From positions 4,932-68,931 of the forward strand of contig JAPOQU010000095.1 in NCBI GenBank assembly GCA_026710545.1: DNA of 64,000 nt, given 5' to 3'. Positions 47,225 through 55,990 of this stretch are shown one piece after another. Both the position numbers and the translations under genes were made by a program. The notes below the pieces were generated by a model. The model did not search any database, was not told where the DNA came from, and saw only the letters and a program-made list of their open reading frames with translations. Origin of the DNA: Gammaproteobacteria bacterium (GTDB lineage: Bacteria > Pseudomonadota > Gammaproteobacteria > Eutrophobiales > Eutrophobiaceae). Within the stretch, counting starts at the first letter, position 1. Every line of letters starts with the position of its first letter.

Positions 47225-47437
47225 CTATTCCTTCTCTTTACGATGGGCTTTGATAGCGCTGATAATATCTTTTGTCGTCATATCCTGAAATAATACTTCT
47301 CGCTCTGTAGTGTAATCGCCATACCCGGACCTGAACTGGTTCAGGAAACGAATGGTATCAACTATGCCTACTTCCCGAATCAGTGCATCAGTTACTTGCT
47401 GATTCAATTTGGAGAGTGGTTGAATATGTGCGCTCAT
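47225..47437 (-). CDS. small antitoxin-like hypothetical protein
   Basis: 70 aa from the internal ATG at 47437 (MSAHIQPLSKLNQQVTDALIREVGIVDTIRFLNQF...). Sits next to a PIN-like remnant. Confidence 0.4.
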   Translation of the reverse strand: MSAHIQPLSKLNQQVTDALIREVGIVDTIRFLNQFRSGYGDYTTEREVLFQDMTTKDIISAIKAHRKEKE

Positions 47438-47618
47438 TGTAAAATCTCCACTCGGTCCGCCGCGCATCATTCGGAATTCGCCTGACCTCGTAATCAAGCG
47501 CCTCTGAACTCAGCAACGAAACATCACCGGTTTGAACACATGCTGAAATTGCCAACACTGCCTCTGCCTCAAGTCTTATTGCGAAAAACCTGGGGTCGGA
47601 CCTGTATAGCCATCGCAC
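47388..47618 (-). pseudogene. possible C-terminal remnant of a PIN-domain gene
   Basis: The 76-aa ORF lacks an N-terminal PIN core. LEAEAVLAISACVQTGDVSLLSSEALDYEVRRIPN resembles the C-terminal half of one PIN subfamily (from memory). Confidence 0.3.
47589..47613 (+). repeat. 25-bp repeat B, copy 2 (CCTGGGGTCGGACCTGTATAGCCAT)
   Basis: See 44240-44264. Its GGGTCGGACC core is the reverse complement of GGTCCGACCC inside repeat A. Confidence 0.75.
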
Positions 47619-47672
47619 AGAAATACTAGCCAGGCTGGATACGTTACCACTTTAATACCCGGGATAGCGAAA

Positions 47673-47706
47673 GGTTGACTTATGGTTGCGGTTGACTTAT
47701 GGTTGC
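47673..47706 (+). promoter_or_regulatory. exact 17-bp tandem duplication (GGTTGACTTATGGTTGC x2) forming a sigma70-like promoter
   Basis: TTGACT (47675-47680), a 17-nt spacer, then TATGGT (47698-47703). AGGAGG at 47715-47720 and a GTG at 47728 follow. Confidence 0.55.
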
Positions 47707-47727
47707 ACAAAAACAGGAGGCCGAAAC

Positions 47728-48177
47728 GTGAGTGCAGCCACGACGATTGGTAAACTCGACCCGGAAGTTGCGGCCGAGCAGATATTCACAGCGCACAAAC
47801 ACGAGGGTGCATGGCTTGATGCCTTCACCGAAAGTCTTGATCGGCGACGCTCCCGCGAATCTTTCGCGCGCACGATCGAGGTCTGGAACCTGAGTCAGGC
47901 CGAGGCAGCCCGCTTCTTTGGCGTGAGCCGCCAGGCAGTCGGTAAGTGGCTGCGGCATGGTGTGCCCCCGGAACGCGCGGGAGCGGTTTCGGACCTGGCC
48001 GCTGCCACCGACCTGCTCGTGTTGCATCTCAAGCGCGACAGGATACCAGCGGTGGTGCGGAGACCAATCCAGGTCCTCAATGGAATTACCCTGATAGATT
48101 TGCTGGCACAGGGCGATACCAGGACTTTGCTGGCGACTTGCCGGGACATGTTCCGGTTCGAACGGGTTCACGCCTGA
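47728..48177 (+). CDS. Xre/MbcA/ParS-like antitoxin (HTH + DUF2384)
   Basis: GTG start after AGGAGG. Has WNLSQAEAARFFGVSRQAVGKWL (HTH) and a C-terminal toxin-binding-like region. Its stop overlaps the toxin ATG (TGATG). Confidence 0.8.
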   Translation: MSAATTIGKLDPEVAAEQIFTAHKHEGAWLDAFTESLDRRRSRESFARTIEVWNLSQAEAARFFGVSRQAVGKWLRHGVPPERAGAVSDLAAATDLLVLHLKRDRIPAVVRRPIQVLNGITLIDLLAQGDTRTLLATCRDMFRFERVHA

Positions 48178-48728
48178 TGGCCGAACTGCTGCGAGAAATG
48201 ATTCCGGATGCTCATGTCTGGTGGCGTATCACCAGTCCGGCATGGGCCGACCCGCTCGACTCCGGCTTCGCACAACAGCAAGGCGGGCGCTGGAACCCGC
48301 CAGGCAGCTTTCCTGTACTTTATCTTAACGAAGATAGAATGACGGCGCGTCTGAACCTGCGCGCCTTTATCGACAAATGGCCCTATGAACCGGAAGATCT
48401 TCGCGACGACACAGGGCCGATTCTGGTAGGTTGCGCCTTGCCGCGCCGCCAGGTCGTATCTGACGCACATTCCCGGGCCGGTGTTCGCGCCGCCGGATTG
48501 CCGGACACTTATCCTCTCGAAAAAGATGGTACGCCGGTTCCGCATGCTCGTTGCCAACTCATCGGCGCACGGGCTAAAGCAACGTGCTTGCGCGGCGTTC
48601 GCGCCCGGTCAGCGCAATCCCGCGCGGGCGCAGGTCGCGAACTGGCCTGGTTCCCCGCCTCCGCTCGTAGCGTGGCCCGACGGGTACAGACTCTGGCGTT
48701 TGTAAGATGGTTTTCAGGGTCAACGTAG
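48177..48728 (+). CDS. RES-domain toxin (second, divergent copy)
   Basis: 183 aa from ATG 48177. WWRITSPAWADPL...GGRWNPPGSFPVLYL and the downstream E/S match the RES domain. Confidence 0.8.
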   Translation: MAELLREMIPDAHVWWRITSPAWADPLDSGFAQQQGGRWNPPGSFPVLYLNEDRMTARLNLRAFIDKWPYEPEDLRDDTGPILVGCALPRRQVVSDAHSRAGVRAAGLPDTYPLEKDGTPVPHARCQLIGARAKATCLRGVRARSAQSRAGAGRELAWFPASARSVARRVQTLAFVRWFSGST

Positions 48729-48944
48729 AACGAGGTCAGAGTCGGTCCGTCCCTGCCGCACCGGAACTTTCTTTTCCTTGCAATGTTTGACGCCATGTTG
48801 CCATTCCCCGCCTTTGATCAGATCATGAACAGGCGCGCCCGCGTGGCAATCAATTCGGTCTCAGGCAAATTCCTGTAAAATACAGTCAATGGATGCTCTA
48901 TTAACTTACGCTGCCGCTTCAGCCAAGTCTCCCGCACAAAAACG

Positions 48945-50438
48945 ATGACCTCAATACCCGACTGTGATGTGCTGGTAGTCGGCGCCGGCAATGCCGCGTT
49001 CGCCGCGGCTCTTGCGGCCCGGGAGCATGGCGCAAAAGTCATCATGCTTGAGTGTTCGCCGGAAGCTGAGGCGGGAGGCAACAGCCGCTTCACCGCCGGA
49101 GCGATACGGGTGGTCTATGATGGTGTGGAAGACCTCAAGTCCTTTATGCCGGACCTCAGTGAGGAAGAACTGGCGAACACGGATTTCGGCAGTTATACCG
49201 AAGATCAGTTCTTTGATGACATGGGCCGGGTGACCGATTACCGCACCGACCCCGACCTGTGTGAGTTACTGGTGCGCAACAGCCGCTCGACCCTGTTATG
49301 GATGCGCGCCAAGGGCATCCGCTTCACGCCGATTTACGGCCGCCAGGCCTTCAAGGTCAACGGGAAATTCAAGTTCTGGGGCGGCCTCACGGTGGAAGCC
49401 TGGGGCGGCGGGCCCGGCCTGATCGAGGCCTGGACAACGGCCGCGAACAGCGCAGGCATCGAAATACGCTACGACACACGAGCCCTGGAACTGCTGCACG
49501 AAGACGGGACAGTGCTTGGCGCACGTGTGCGCAACGGCGGGAAAACAACGACGATTATTGCCCGAAGCACAGTCCTCGCCAGCGGCGGGTTCGAGGCCAA
49601 CGGCGAATGGCGCAGCCGTTATCTCGGCCCAGGCTGGGACCTGGCGAAAGTCAGGGGCAGCCGCTACAACGTCGGCGACGGTATCCGCATGGCGCTGGAT
49701 ATCGGCGCCTCCGCCGCCGGCAACTGGTCGGGTTGCCACGCGGTGGGCTGGGACCGGAATGCGCCGGAATTCGGTGATCTTGCCGTAGGTGATGCCTTCC
49801 AGAAGCACAGCTATCCTTTCGGCATCATGATCAATGCCCGCGGTGAGCGCTTCGTCGATGAAGGCGCTGATTTCCGCAACTATACCTATGCAAAATACGG
49901 TCGCGTTATCCTGGAGCAACCCGGCAACTTTGCCTACCAGGTATTTGACGCTAAAGTCCTGCGCCTGTTGCGGGATGAATACCGCATCAAACAGGTTACC
50001 AAAGCTGTCTCTGACACTCTGGAAGGCCTGTTGCAACAACTCGACGGGGTGGACGCGGGGCGCGCCCTGACCCACATCAGGGCTTATAACGCTGCAGTAC
50101 AAACCGGGACCCCGTTTAATCCCAACGTCAAGGACGGCCGCGGCACCAACGGACTTACTGTCCTGAAAAGCAACTGGGCCAATACCATCGATACCCCGCC
50201 GTTCCATGCTTACGGCGTCACCTGCGGCGTGACCTTCACCTTCGGCGGCCTGCGCATCGATACCGGCGCCAGGGTGCTGAACACGGATTATCGACCCATA
50301 CCCGGACTGTATGCGGCCGGTGAACTGGTCGGTGGTCTGTTTTATTTCAATTATCCCGGCGGTACCGGGCTGATGTCCGGGTCGGTATTCGGTAAAATTG
50401 CCGGAGAACACGCAGCCCGTGAATCACAGGAAACCTGA
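48945..50438 (+). CDS. FAD-dependent oxidoreductase, TcuA / fumarate-reductase-flavoprotein family
   Basis: DVLVVGAGNAAFAAALAARE.GAKV..LE......GGNSRFT and C-terminal AAGE..GG blocks. Confidence 0.75.
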   Translation: MTSIPDCDVLVVGAGNAAFAAALAAREHGAKVIMLECSPEAEAGGNSRFTAGAIRVVYDGVEDLKSFMPDLSEEELANTDFGSYTEDQFFDDMGRVTDYRTDPDLCELLVRNSRSTLLWMRAKGIRFTPIYGRQAFKVNGKFKFWGGLTVEAWGGGPGLIEAWTTAANSAGIEIRYDTRALELLHEDGTVLGARVRNGGKTTTIIARSTVLASGGFEANGEWRSRYLGPGWDLAKVRGSRYNVGDGIRMALDIGASAAGNWSGCHAVGWDRNAPEFGDLAVGDAFQKHSYPFGIMINARGERFVDEGADFRNYTYAKYGRVILEQPGNFAYQVFDAKVLRLLRDEYRIKQVTKAVSDTLEGLLQQLDGVDAGRALTHIRAYNAAVQTGTPFNPNVKDGRGTNGLTVLKSNWANTIDTPPFHAYGVTCGVTFTFGGLRIDTGARVLNTDYRPIPGLYAAGELVGGLFYFNYPGGTGLMSGSVFGKIAGEHAARESQET

Positions 50439-50485
50439 GGGAGTCCCGGATTCAGGGTTGTGCCAAACAGCAACTGGAGAACCGT

Positions 50486-51112
50486 ATGAGTAAGCAGACG
50501 GAACAAACTGTATATGAACGCCAGGGGTTCGGACAGGGGCTGGAGTTAACGCCGCCGGCCGGCCTGTTGATAGTTGATTTCATTAACGGCTTTGCCGATC
50601 CTGATGTATTCGGCGGAGGAAATATCCGGCCTGCCGTTGAGAAAACCCGGAAGTTGTTGTCCCTGGCCCGGGAACGTGGCTGGCTGGTAAGTTACACCCG
50701 CGTGGTTTATTCGGAAGACGGTTCCGATGCAAACGTATTCACCGACAAGGTTCCCGGATGCCTGGAATTTACCGAAACCAGCGCCCTGAGTCAGGTAGTG
50801 CCGGACTTGCCGCCTGCACCCGGCGACCTGGTTATACGCAAGCAGTTCCCGTCTGCGTTCTTCGGTACCCACCTGGCGTCTTCGCTGGCAATGCACGGTG
50901 TCAAGACCTTGTTCATCAGCGGCGCCACCACCAGCGGTTGCGTGCGCGCCTCGGCGGTTGATGCCATGTGCCATGGTTTCAAACCCGTGATCGTGGAAGA
51001 CTGCGTGGGAGACCGTTCTATTGCACAACACGAAGCCAACCTGTTTGACATGAAAATGAAGTACACCCAAAACATGCAGTTGGACGAAGTTGAAGCGCTG
51101 ACCTCCCTTTAA
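50486..51112 (+). CDS. isochorismatase-family amidohydrolase (N-carbamoylsarcosine amidase / maleamate amidohydrolase-like)
   Basis: LLIVDFINGF and ISGATTSGCVRASAVDA (nucleophilic Cys) blocks. Confidence 0.75.
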   Translation: MSKQTEQTVYERQGFGQGLELTPPAGLLIVDFINGFADPDVFGGGNIRPAVEKTRKLLSLARERGWLVSYTRVVYSEDGSDANVFTDKVPGCLEFTETSALSQVVPDLPPAPGDLVIRKQFPSAFFGTHLASSLAMHGVKTLFISGATTSGCVRASAVDAMCHGFKPVIVEDCVGDRSIAQHEANLFDMKMKYTQNMQLDEVEALTSL

Positions 51113-51120
51113 GGATTCAG

Positions 51121-53529
51121 GTGACTCCGAACAACAGTGTCCTGGGCGCGTCAGTATCCCGGCTTGAGGACCACGGTTTACTGACGGGACAGTCCCGCTT
51201 CATTGACGACCTGCAACTGCCCGGGACCCTGTCCGCTGCCTTTGTTCGCAGTCCTTACGGCCATGCGCTGATCAATGGGGTTAATACGGAAGCGGCCTGC
51301 CAGGTGCCGGGAGTTGTCGCTGTTTATACCTTGACTGACCTGCAACCCTGGCTTACCGATACCAGGATGGCGACAGGACTGCCAAGCAACAGTTTTCGGC
51401 TCGATGTCAATCCCCGGGTACTGGCCGCAGATGAGGTGGTTTACGTCGGTGAACCCATCGCGGTGGTGATTGCCGCATCCCGTTATGCCGCCGAAGACGC
51501 GGCAGACCTGGTGGAAGTTGACTGCGAACCCCTGGAGGTGGTAGCCGACTGCCGTGCTGCCCTGCTTGCGGATAGCCCCGGCGCCCACAGAAAACTCTCT
51601 CACAACCTGGTAGCCGCTTTCGATTTCGATTACGGTCACGTCGAAGACGCGTTTCGGCAGGCGGATGTAATCATCAATGAATCCTTCCGGCTGCACCGGG
51701 GCGGAGCGCATTCCATCGAAGGCCGCGGCGCTGTTGCCAGTCACGATCCCGTTACCGGCAAACTGACCCTGTGGACCTCCACGCAACGCCCGCACGGGGT
51801 AAAACGGGTAATCTGCGACCTGCTGGGATGCAATGACGATTCCGTACGCGTGGTCGCTCCCCAAATCGGCGGCGGCTTCGGACCGAAGCTGGTGTGCTAC
51901 CCTGAAGAGGTGGTGGTCGCAGTATGCGGGAAGTTGCTGCAACAGCCGGTGAAATGGACACAGGACCGTTACGAATATTTCCTCAGCACCACCCAGGAAC
52001 GGGATCAGTACTGGGACGTCGAAATCGCCGTCGATAACGACGCCATGATCAAAGGCGTGCGCGGCGCGCTGTTGCACGACCATGGCGCGTACACGGCGCG
52101 CGGCCTTAACGTACCTTACGCCTCGGGCGTAGCCCTGCCCCTGGCCTACAATATCCCGGCCTACCACCTGGACGTCTACGCGGTGCTGACCAACAAGGTC
52201 CCGGTCACGCCGGTGCGGGGCGCCGGTCAGCCCCAGGGGGTGTTCGTGATGGAGCGGTTGCTGGACCGCGTGGCCGCAGGGTTATCCCTGGACCGCGCCG
52301 AGGTGCGCCGCCGAAACCTCGTGCGCAAGGAACAGATGCCGTGCCGTAAATCCCTCAAGCTGCGAGGTGGTACCGAAGTCATCCTGGACAGCGGAGACTA
52401 CCCGGCAACCCAGGAACTCGCACTGGAACACGCCGGCTGGGCTGCGTTCGGGGAACGGCAACAAGCGGCCCTGGAACAGGGCCGGCACATCGGCATCGGC
52501 CTGGCCAATTTTGTCGAGGGAACCGGCCGCGGGCCTTACGAAACGGTCACGGTGCGCATCAACCCGTCAGGAAATATTCTCGTGGCGACGGGCGCAACGG
52601 CCATGGGGCAAAGCACGCAAACCATGCTGGCGCAGATCGTTGCCGGACAGCTCGGCGGCGACCTGTCGCTGGTATCCGTCAACTGCGGCGACACGGACGC
52701 CACGCCCCTGGGTTTCGGCGGTTTCAACAGCCGCCAGACGGTCGTGGCGGGCGCTTCGGCCCATGCCGCCGCCAGGGCCGTGAGAGACAAGGTATTCAGG
52801 CTGGCAAGCCGCCGCCTCGAAGCGGCGGAACGGGATCTTGAAATCAACGGCCACAATGTATTCGTCAAGGATATGCCGGACCGGAAACTGACGTTTGCGC
52901 AACTGGCGCGCGCCGCATCCGGCCTGCCGGGTTTCAAACTGCCCGTGGCCGAATCGGGTCCGGGACTGGAAGCCACGGAGAGCGTGGTCATCGACGACAT
53001 GGTCTACTCAAACGGGTCGGCCGTTGCGGAGGTGGAAGTCGACATCGATACCGGCCAGGTGGACATCCACCGTTTCCTGATCGTCCACGATTGCGGCCGC
53101 ATGATCAATCCCGCGCTGGTGGAAGGACAGGTTGCCGGAGGCATTGCCCACGGCATCGGTAATGCGCTGTTCGAATGGATGGGTTTTGACGATAACGCAC
53201 AACCTGTCACCACCACGTTTGCAGACTACCTGCTGGTCTCCGCGGATAAGATGCCTGCGCTGGAATTGTTTCACCGCGAGTCAGCTTCACCGTTCAACGA
53301 ACTGGGCGTCAAGGGTGTGGGTGAATCCGGTTGTCTCCCTACACCCGCAGCCATCGTTGCCGCTATCGAGGATGCACTGAAGCCTTTTGACGTAAAGCTG
53401 AACCAGGCGCCGCTCACGCCGGCTGTACTGTGGGGGCTGATCCGCCCGGCACCTGGCATTTCGGCGCCGGAACACTGGCGCTCGCCGGGGATAGACACTG
53501 CTGCGTACAGAAAGGGGGTGCTGCTGTAA
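51121..53529 (+). CDS. xanthine-dehydrogenase/CODH-family molybdopterin-binding large subunit (set 1)
   Basis: 802-aa ORF with the RLED..LLTG...FIDD N-terminus. The active-site region reads PVRGAGQPQG, so it is not the form-I CoxL AYxCSFR motif. Confidence 0.85.
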   Translation: MTPNNSVLGASVSRLEDHGLLTGQSRFIDDLQLPGTLSAAFVRSPYGHALINGVNTEAACQVPGVVAVYTLTDLQPWLTDTRMATGLPSNSFRLDVNPRVLAADEVVYVGEPIAVVIAASRYAAEDAADLVEVDCEPLEVVADCRAALLADSPGAHRKLSHNLVAAFDFDYGHVEDAFRQADVIINESFRLHRGGAHSIEGRGAVASHDPVTGKLTLWTSTQRPHGVKRVICDLLGCNDDSVRVVAPQIGGGFGPKLVCYPEEVVVAVCGKLLQQPVKWTQDRYEYFLSTTQERDQYWDVEIAVDNDAMIKGVRGALLHDHGAYTARGLNVPYASGVALPLAYNIPAYHLDVYAVLTNKVPVTPVRGAGQPQGVFVMERLLDRVAAGLSLDRAEVRRRNLVRKEQMPCRKSLKLRGGTEVILDSGDYPATQELALEHAGWAAFGERQQAALEQGRHIGIGLANFVEGTGRGPYETVTVRINPSGNILVATGATAMGQSTQTMLAQIVAGQLGGDLSLVSVNCGDTDATPLGFGGFNSRQTVVAGASAHAAARAVRDKVFRLASRRLEAAERDLEINGHNVFVKDMPDRKLTFAQLARAASGLPGFKLPVAESGPGLEATESVVIDDMVYSNGSAVAEVEVDIDTGQVDIHRFLIVHDCGRMINPALVEGQVAGGIAHGIGNALFEWMGFDDNAQPVTTTFADYLLVSADKMPALELFHRESASPFNELGVKGVGESGCLPTPAAIVAAIEDALKPFDVKLNQAPLTPAVLWGLIRPAPGISAPEHWRSPGIDTAAYRKGVLL

Positions 53530-53532
53530 ATC

Positions 53533-54405
53533 ATGAAGGCCGCACCGTTCACCTACCACCGCCCCGGCAAGCTGGAAGAAGCGCTGGATATTCTCTCCCG
53601 GGTGGCCGGACAGGACGGCCGCATCATCGCCGGCGGCCAGAGCCTGGTGCCTATGATGGCATTACGCCTCGCCCAACCGGCGCACCTGGTTGACATTAAC
53701 GAGATAGCCTCGCTGCGGGGTACGGGTGTGGAACGGCAAACCCTGGTGATCCGCGCCCTGGCGCGGCATGCCGACTTTCATCAGCCCGCGCTGACCGGCC
53801 CGCTGGGGCCGCTGCTGGCGACAGTTGCGCAAAACATCGCGCATTACCCGATACGGCAACGGGGCACCTTCTGCGGCAGTCTTGCCCACGCCGACCCCGC
53901 TTCGGAATGGTGCCTTGCCGCGGTCACCCTGGGCGGCACCGTGATAGCCCGGCGTCGTGGCGGCGCCAGGGAAATTCCTGCCGGGGAGTTCATTCAAGGC
54001 CCCCTGACAACCACGCTTGAGCCGGACGAAATGATCAGCGCGGTACACCTGCCTGTCCCCGACCAAACCGGACGTTTCGGTTTCTACGAGTTCAATCGCA
54101 GGGCCGGGGATTTTGCCCCCGCGATGTCCCTGGTTACGTTCACCGTGCAGGACGAAACGGTGACGCAGGTACGCCTGGGAGTGGGCGGCGCCGAGGAGAC
54201 GCCGCGCCGGCTGTCGCAGGTGGAGGAAGCGCTGAACAACAAGCCGCTCACGGACGCACAGATCCGCATGGCCTCGGAACTCGCGGCAAGCTTGATAACG
54301 CCCCTTGAAGATGCGCTGATCCCGCAAGATTACCGGCGACAGATCGTAAAGACCGCGGTAAGACGCGCACTGGAAGCAGCGCAGGGTTCCCGTCATGGAC
54401 AGTAA
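53533..54405 (+). CDS. FAD-binding medium subunit (CoxM/XdhB-like, set 1)
   Basis: 290-aa ORF with F.Y.RP..LEEAL and IAGGQSL.P.M blocks. Confidence 0.85.
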   Translation: MKAAPFTYHRPGKLEEALDILSRVAGQDGRIIAGGQSLVPMMALRLAQPAHLVDINEIASLRGTGVERQTLVIRALARHADFHQPALTGPLGPLLATVAQNIAHYPIRQRGTFCGSLAHADPASEWCLAAVTLGGTVIARRRGGAREIPAGEFIQGPLTTTLEPDEMISAVHLPVPDQTGRFGFYEFNRRAGDFAPAMSLVTFTVQDETVTQVRLGVGGAEETPRRLSQVEEALNNKPLTDAQIRMASELAASLITPLEDALIPQDYRRQIVKTAVRRALEAAQGSRHGQ

Positions 54406-54868
54406 AATCGCGCTCCGTCTGGACATCAATTCCCGGGACTACCACGTGAACGTGGAAGCGCGGCAGACGCTGGCGGATGTCATCCGCGAGGAATGCGGGC
54501 TCACCGGTACCCGCGTCGGTTGCGAGCACGGGGTGTGCGGCAGTTGCACCATCGTTGTCGACGGCGCGCCGGTGCGCGCCTGCCTGATGTTCGCGCCGCA
54601 GGCCGAGGGAAAGAAAATCCGCACCATCGAAGGTATGGCTGAAGGCGATGACCTGCACCCGATCCAGCGCGCGTTCAGCGATAACCACGCCTTGCAATGC
54701 GGTTTCTGTACACCCGGGTTCATCATGCTGATCGCGGCGTGGCTGGAACAAAATCCTGCCCCGGCGGACGGGGAGATCACCGGCATGCTCTCGGCCAACC
54801 TGTGCCGGTGCACGGGATACCGGAATATTTTCAGGGCCGTGAAACAAATTGTGGCAGAATTGGGATGA
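54395..54868 (+). CDS. [2Fe-2S] small subunit (CoxS-like, set 1)
   Basis: GCEHGVCGSCTI and CGFCTPG...NLCRCTGY motifs. Confidence 0.9.
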   Translation: MDSKIALRLDINSRDYHVNVEARQTLADVIREECGLTGTRVGCEHGVCGSCTIVVDGAPVRACLMFAPQAEGKKIRTIEGMAEGDDLHPIQRAFSDNHALQCGFCTPGFIMLIAAWLEQNPAPADGEITGMLSANLCRCTGYRNIFRAVKQIVAELG

Positions 54869-54893
54869 TAATAACCTGGAGATACATACAACA

Positions 54894-55727
54894 ATGACTG
54901 ATATAACAGAGGCATCCACCAGTATGTTCGTGACCGTGCAGGGAGTGAACATCCACTACAACGACGTCGGTGAAGGCGAGCCGATTTTGTGCCTGCATGG
55001 CGGCGGTCCCGGGGCTACTGCCTGGAGCAACTTCAAGCAGAACATCCCGGTCATTACCGGCGCCAGGCGCCGCATGGTCATGATGGATATGCCGGGCTAC
55101 GGTAAATCCGGATTTCCCGACGGCTCCACCGAGGACTTTTTCGATTTCATGGGCAAGATGATTGACGGTTTCCTGTCGGCGCTGGGTATAGAGGGCGCCG
55201 TGGACATCATCGGCAACTCTCTGGGCGGACAGGCCGCCCTGGGTCTGGAACTGCAATACCCGGACAGGATCAAACACCTGGTGCTTATCGGCAGCCAGCC
55301 CACTTCTGCAGGCATCGTCATCCAGCCGCAGCCCCAGGAAGCGCTGAAAAACATCATCACGTACTATGGCGGGGAAGGACCGACCCTGGAGAAGATGCGG
55401 CGCCTGGTGGAAAGCCTGTTGTACGATTCATCCTGGGTCACCGATGAAACCCTGCAGGAACGTTTCGAGGCAAGCAAGGACCCGGGGCAGATGCGCCTGC
55501 TGGGACTGCCGCACCGCGACCTTTATGCGGAACTGGACCGGATCGCCTGTCCCACGTTACTGGTCTGGGGCCAGGAAGACAAAGGCGGCGCACTTGAAGT
55601 GGGCCTGCAGTTGCTCAAGAAGTTACAGAACGCACGTATGCACATCTTCCAGCGCTGCGGCCACTGGGCCCAGGTGGAGCACCAGGCAGAATTCGAGCGG
55701 ATCGTACTGAACTTTTTTGATTCCTGA
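54894..55727 (+). CDS. alpha/beta hydrolase (meta-cleavage-product hydrolase-like)
   Basis: Start at ATG 54894 after GGAGA. Has the GNSLGG nucleophile elbow and a C-terminal GHW.Q.E block. Confidence 0.85.
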   Translation: MTDITEASTSMFVTVQGVNIHYNDVGEGEPILCLHGGGPGATAWSNFKQNIPVITGARRRMVMMDMPGYGKSGFPDGSTEDFFDFMGKMIDGFLSALGIEGAVDIIGNSLGGQAALGLELQYPDRIKHLVLIGSQPTSAGIVIQPQPQEALKNIITYYGGEGPTLEKMRRLVESLLYDSSWVTDETLQERFEASKDPGQMRLLGLPHRDLYAELDRIACPTLLVWGQEDKGGALEVGLQLLKKLQNARMHIFQRCGHWAQVEHQAEFERIVLNFFDS

Positions 55728-55736
55728 CCACTACAT

Positions 55737-55761
55737 GGGGACGGAATTAAATTCCGTCCCC
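55737..55761. repeat. GGGGACGGAATTAAATTCCGTCCCC palindrome (GGGGAC family)
   Basis: Read directly, immediately downstream of the hydrolase stop. Confidence 0.85.
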
Positions 55762-55781
55762 AGTCTGGTGAGATATACGGT

Positions 55782-55990
55782 CTAGTAGGTGTAACGCAGG
55801 CTTACTCCATAACGGCGCGGCTTCTCAAAGGACTGCTCGTCCGAGCCATCGACAATCGCCAGGTCGAACGCGCTGTTCTGGGCTCGGCTGTCGGTGAAGT
55901 TCCTGACAAAACCGGTCACCTGCCAATGGTTATCGGGGCTGTACCAGGTGATGCTGGTATTTCCAATCCAGTTGGAGGGCAGCCTGTGGC
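55782..55990 (-). pseudogene. C-terminal fragment of a TonB-dependent receptor
   Basis: My minus-strand translation ends ...NTSITWYSPDNHWQVTGFVRNFTDSRAQNSAFDLAIVDGSDEQSFEKPRRYGVSLRYTY*. These are typical last beta-strands. No plug or upstream barrel is present, and the upper boundary is approximate. Confidence 0.6.

Noticed and set aside
48818-49093. 91-aa minus-strand ORF at the island's right edge, as a possible island-border gene.
   Set aside because: It mostly overlaps the N-terminus of the TcuA-like flavoprotein gene, which has a clear Rossmann motif. It has no recognisable features.
51121-54868. Annotating set 1 as aerobic carbon monoxide dehydrogenase CoxLMS.
   Set aside because: The large subunit shows ...TPVRGAGQPQG... 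where form-I CoxL has AYxCSFR. The neighbours are amidohydrolase and hydrolase genes rather than coxDEF. A generic XDH-family hydroxylase call is safer.
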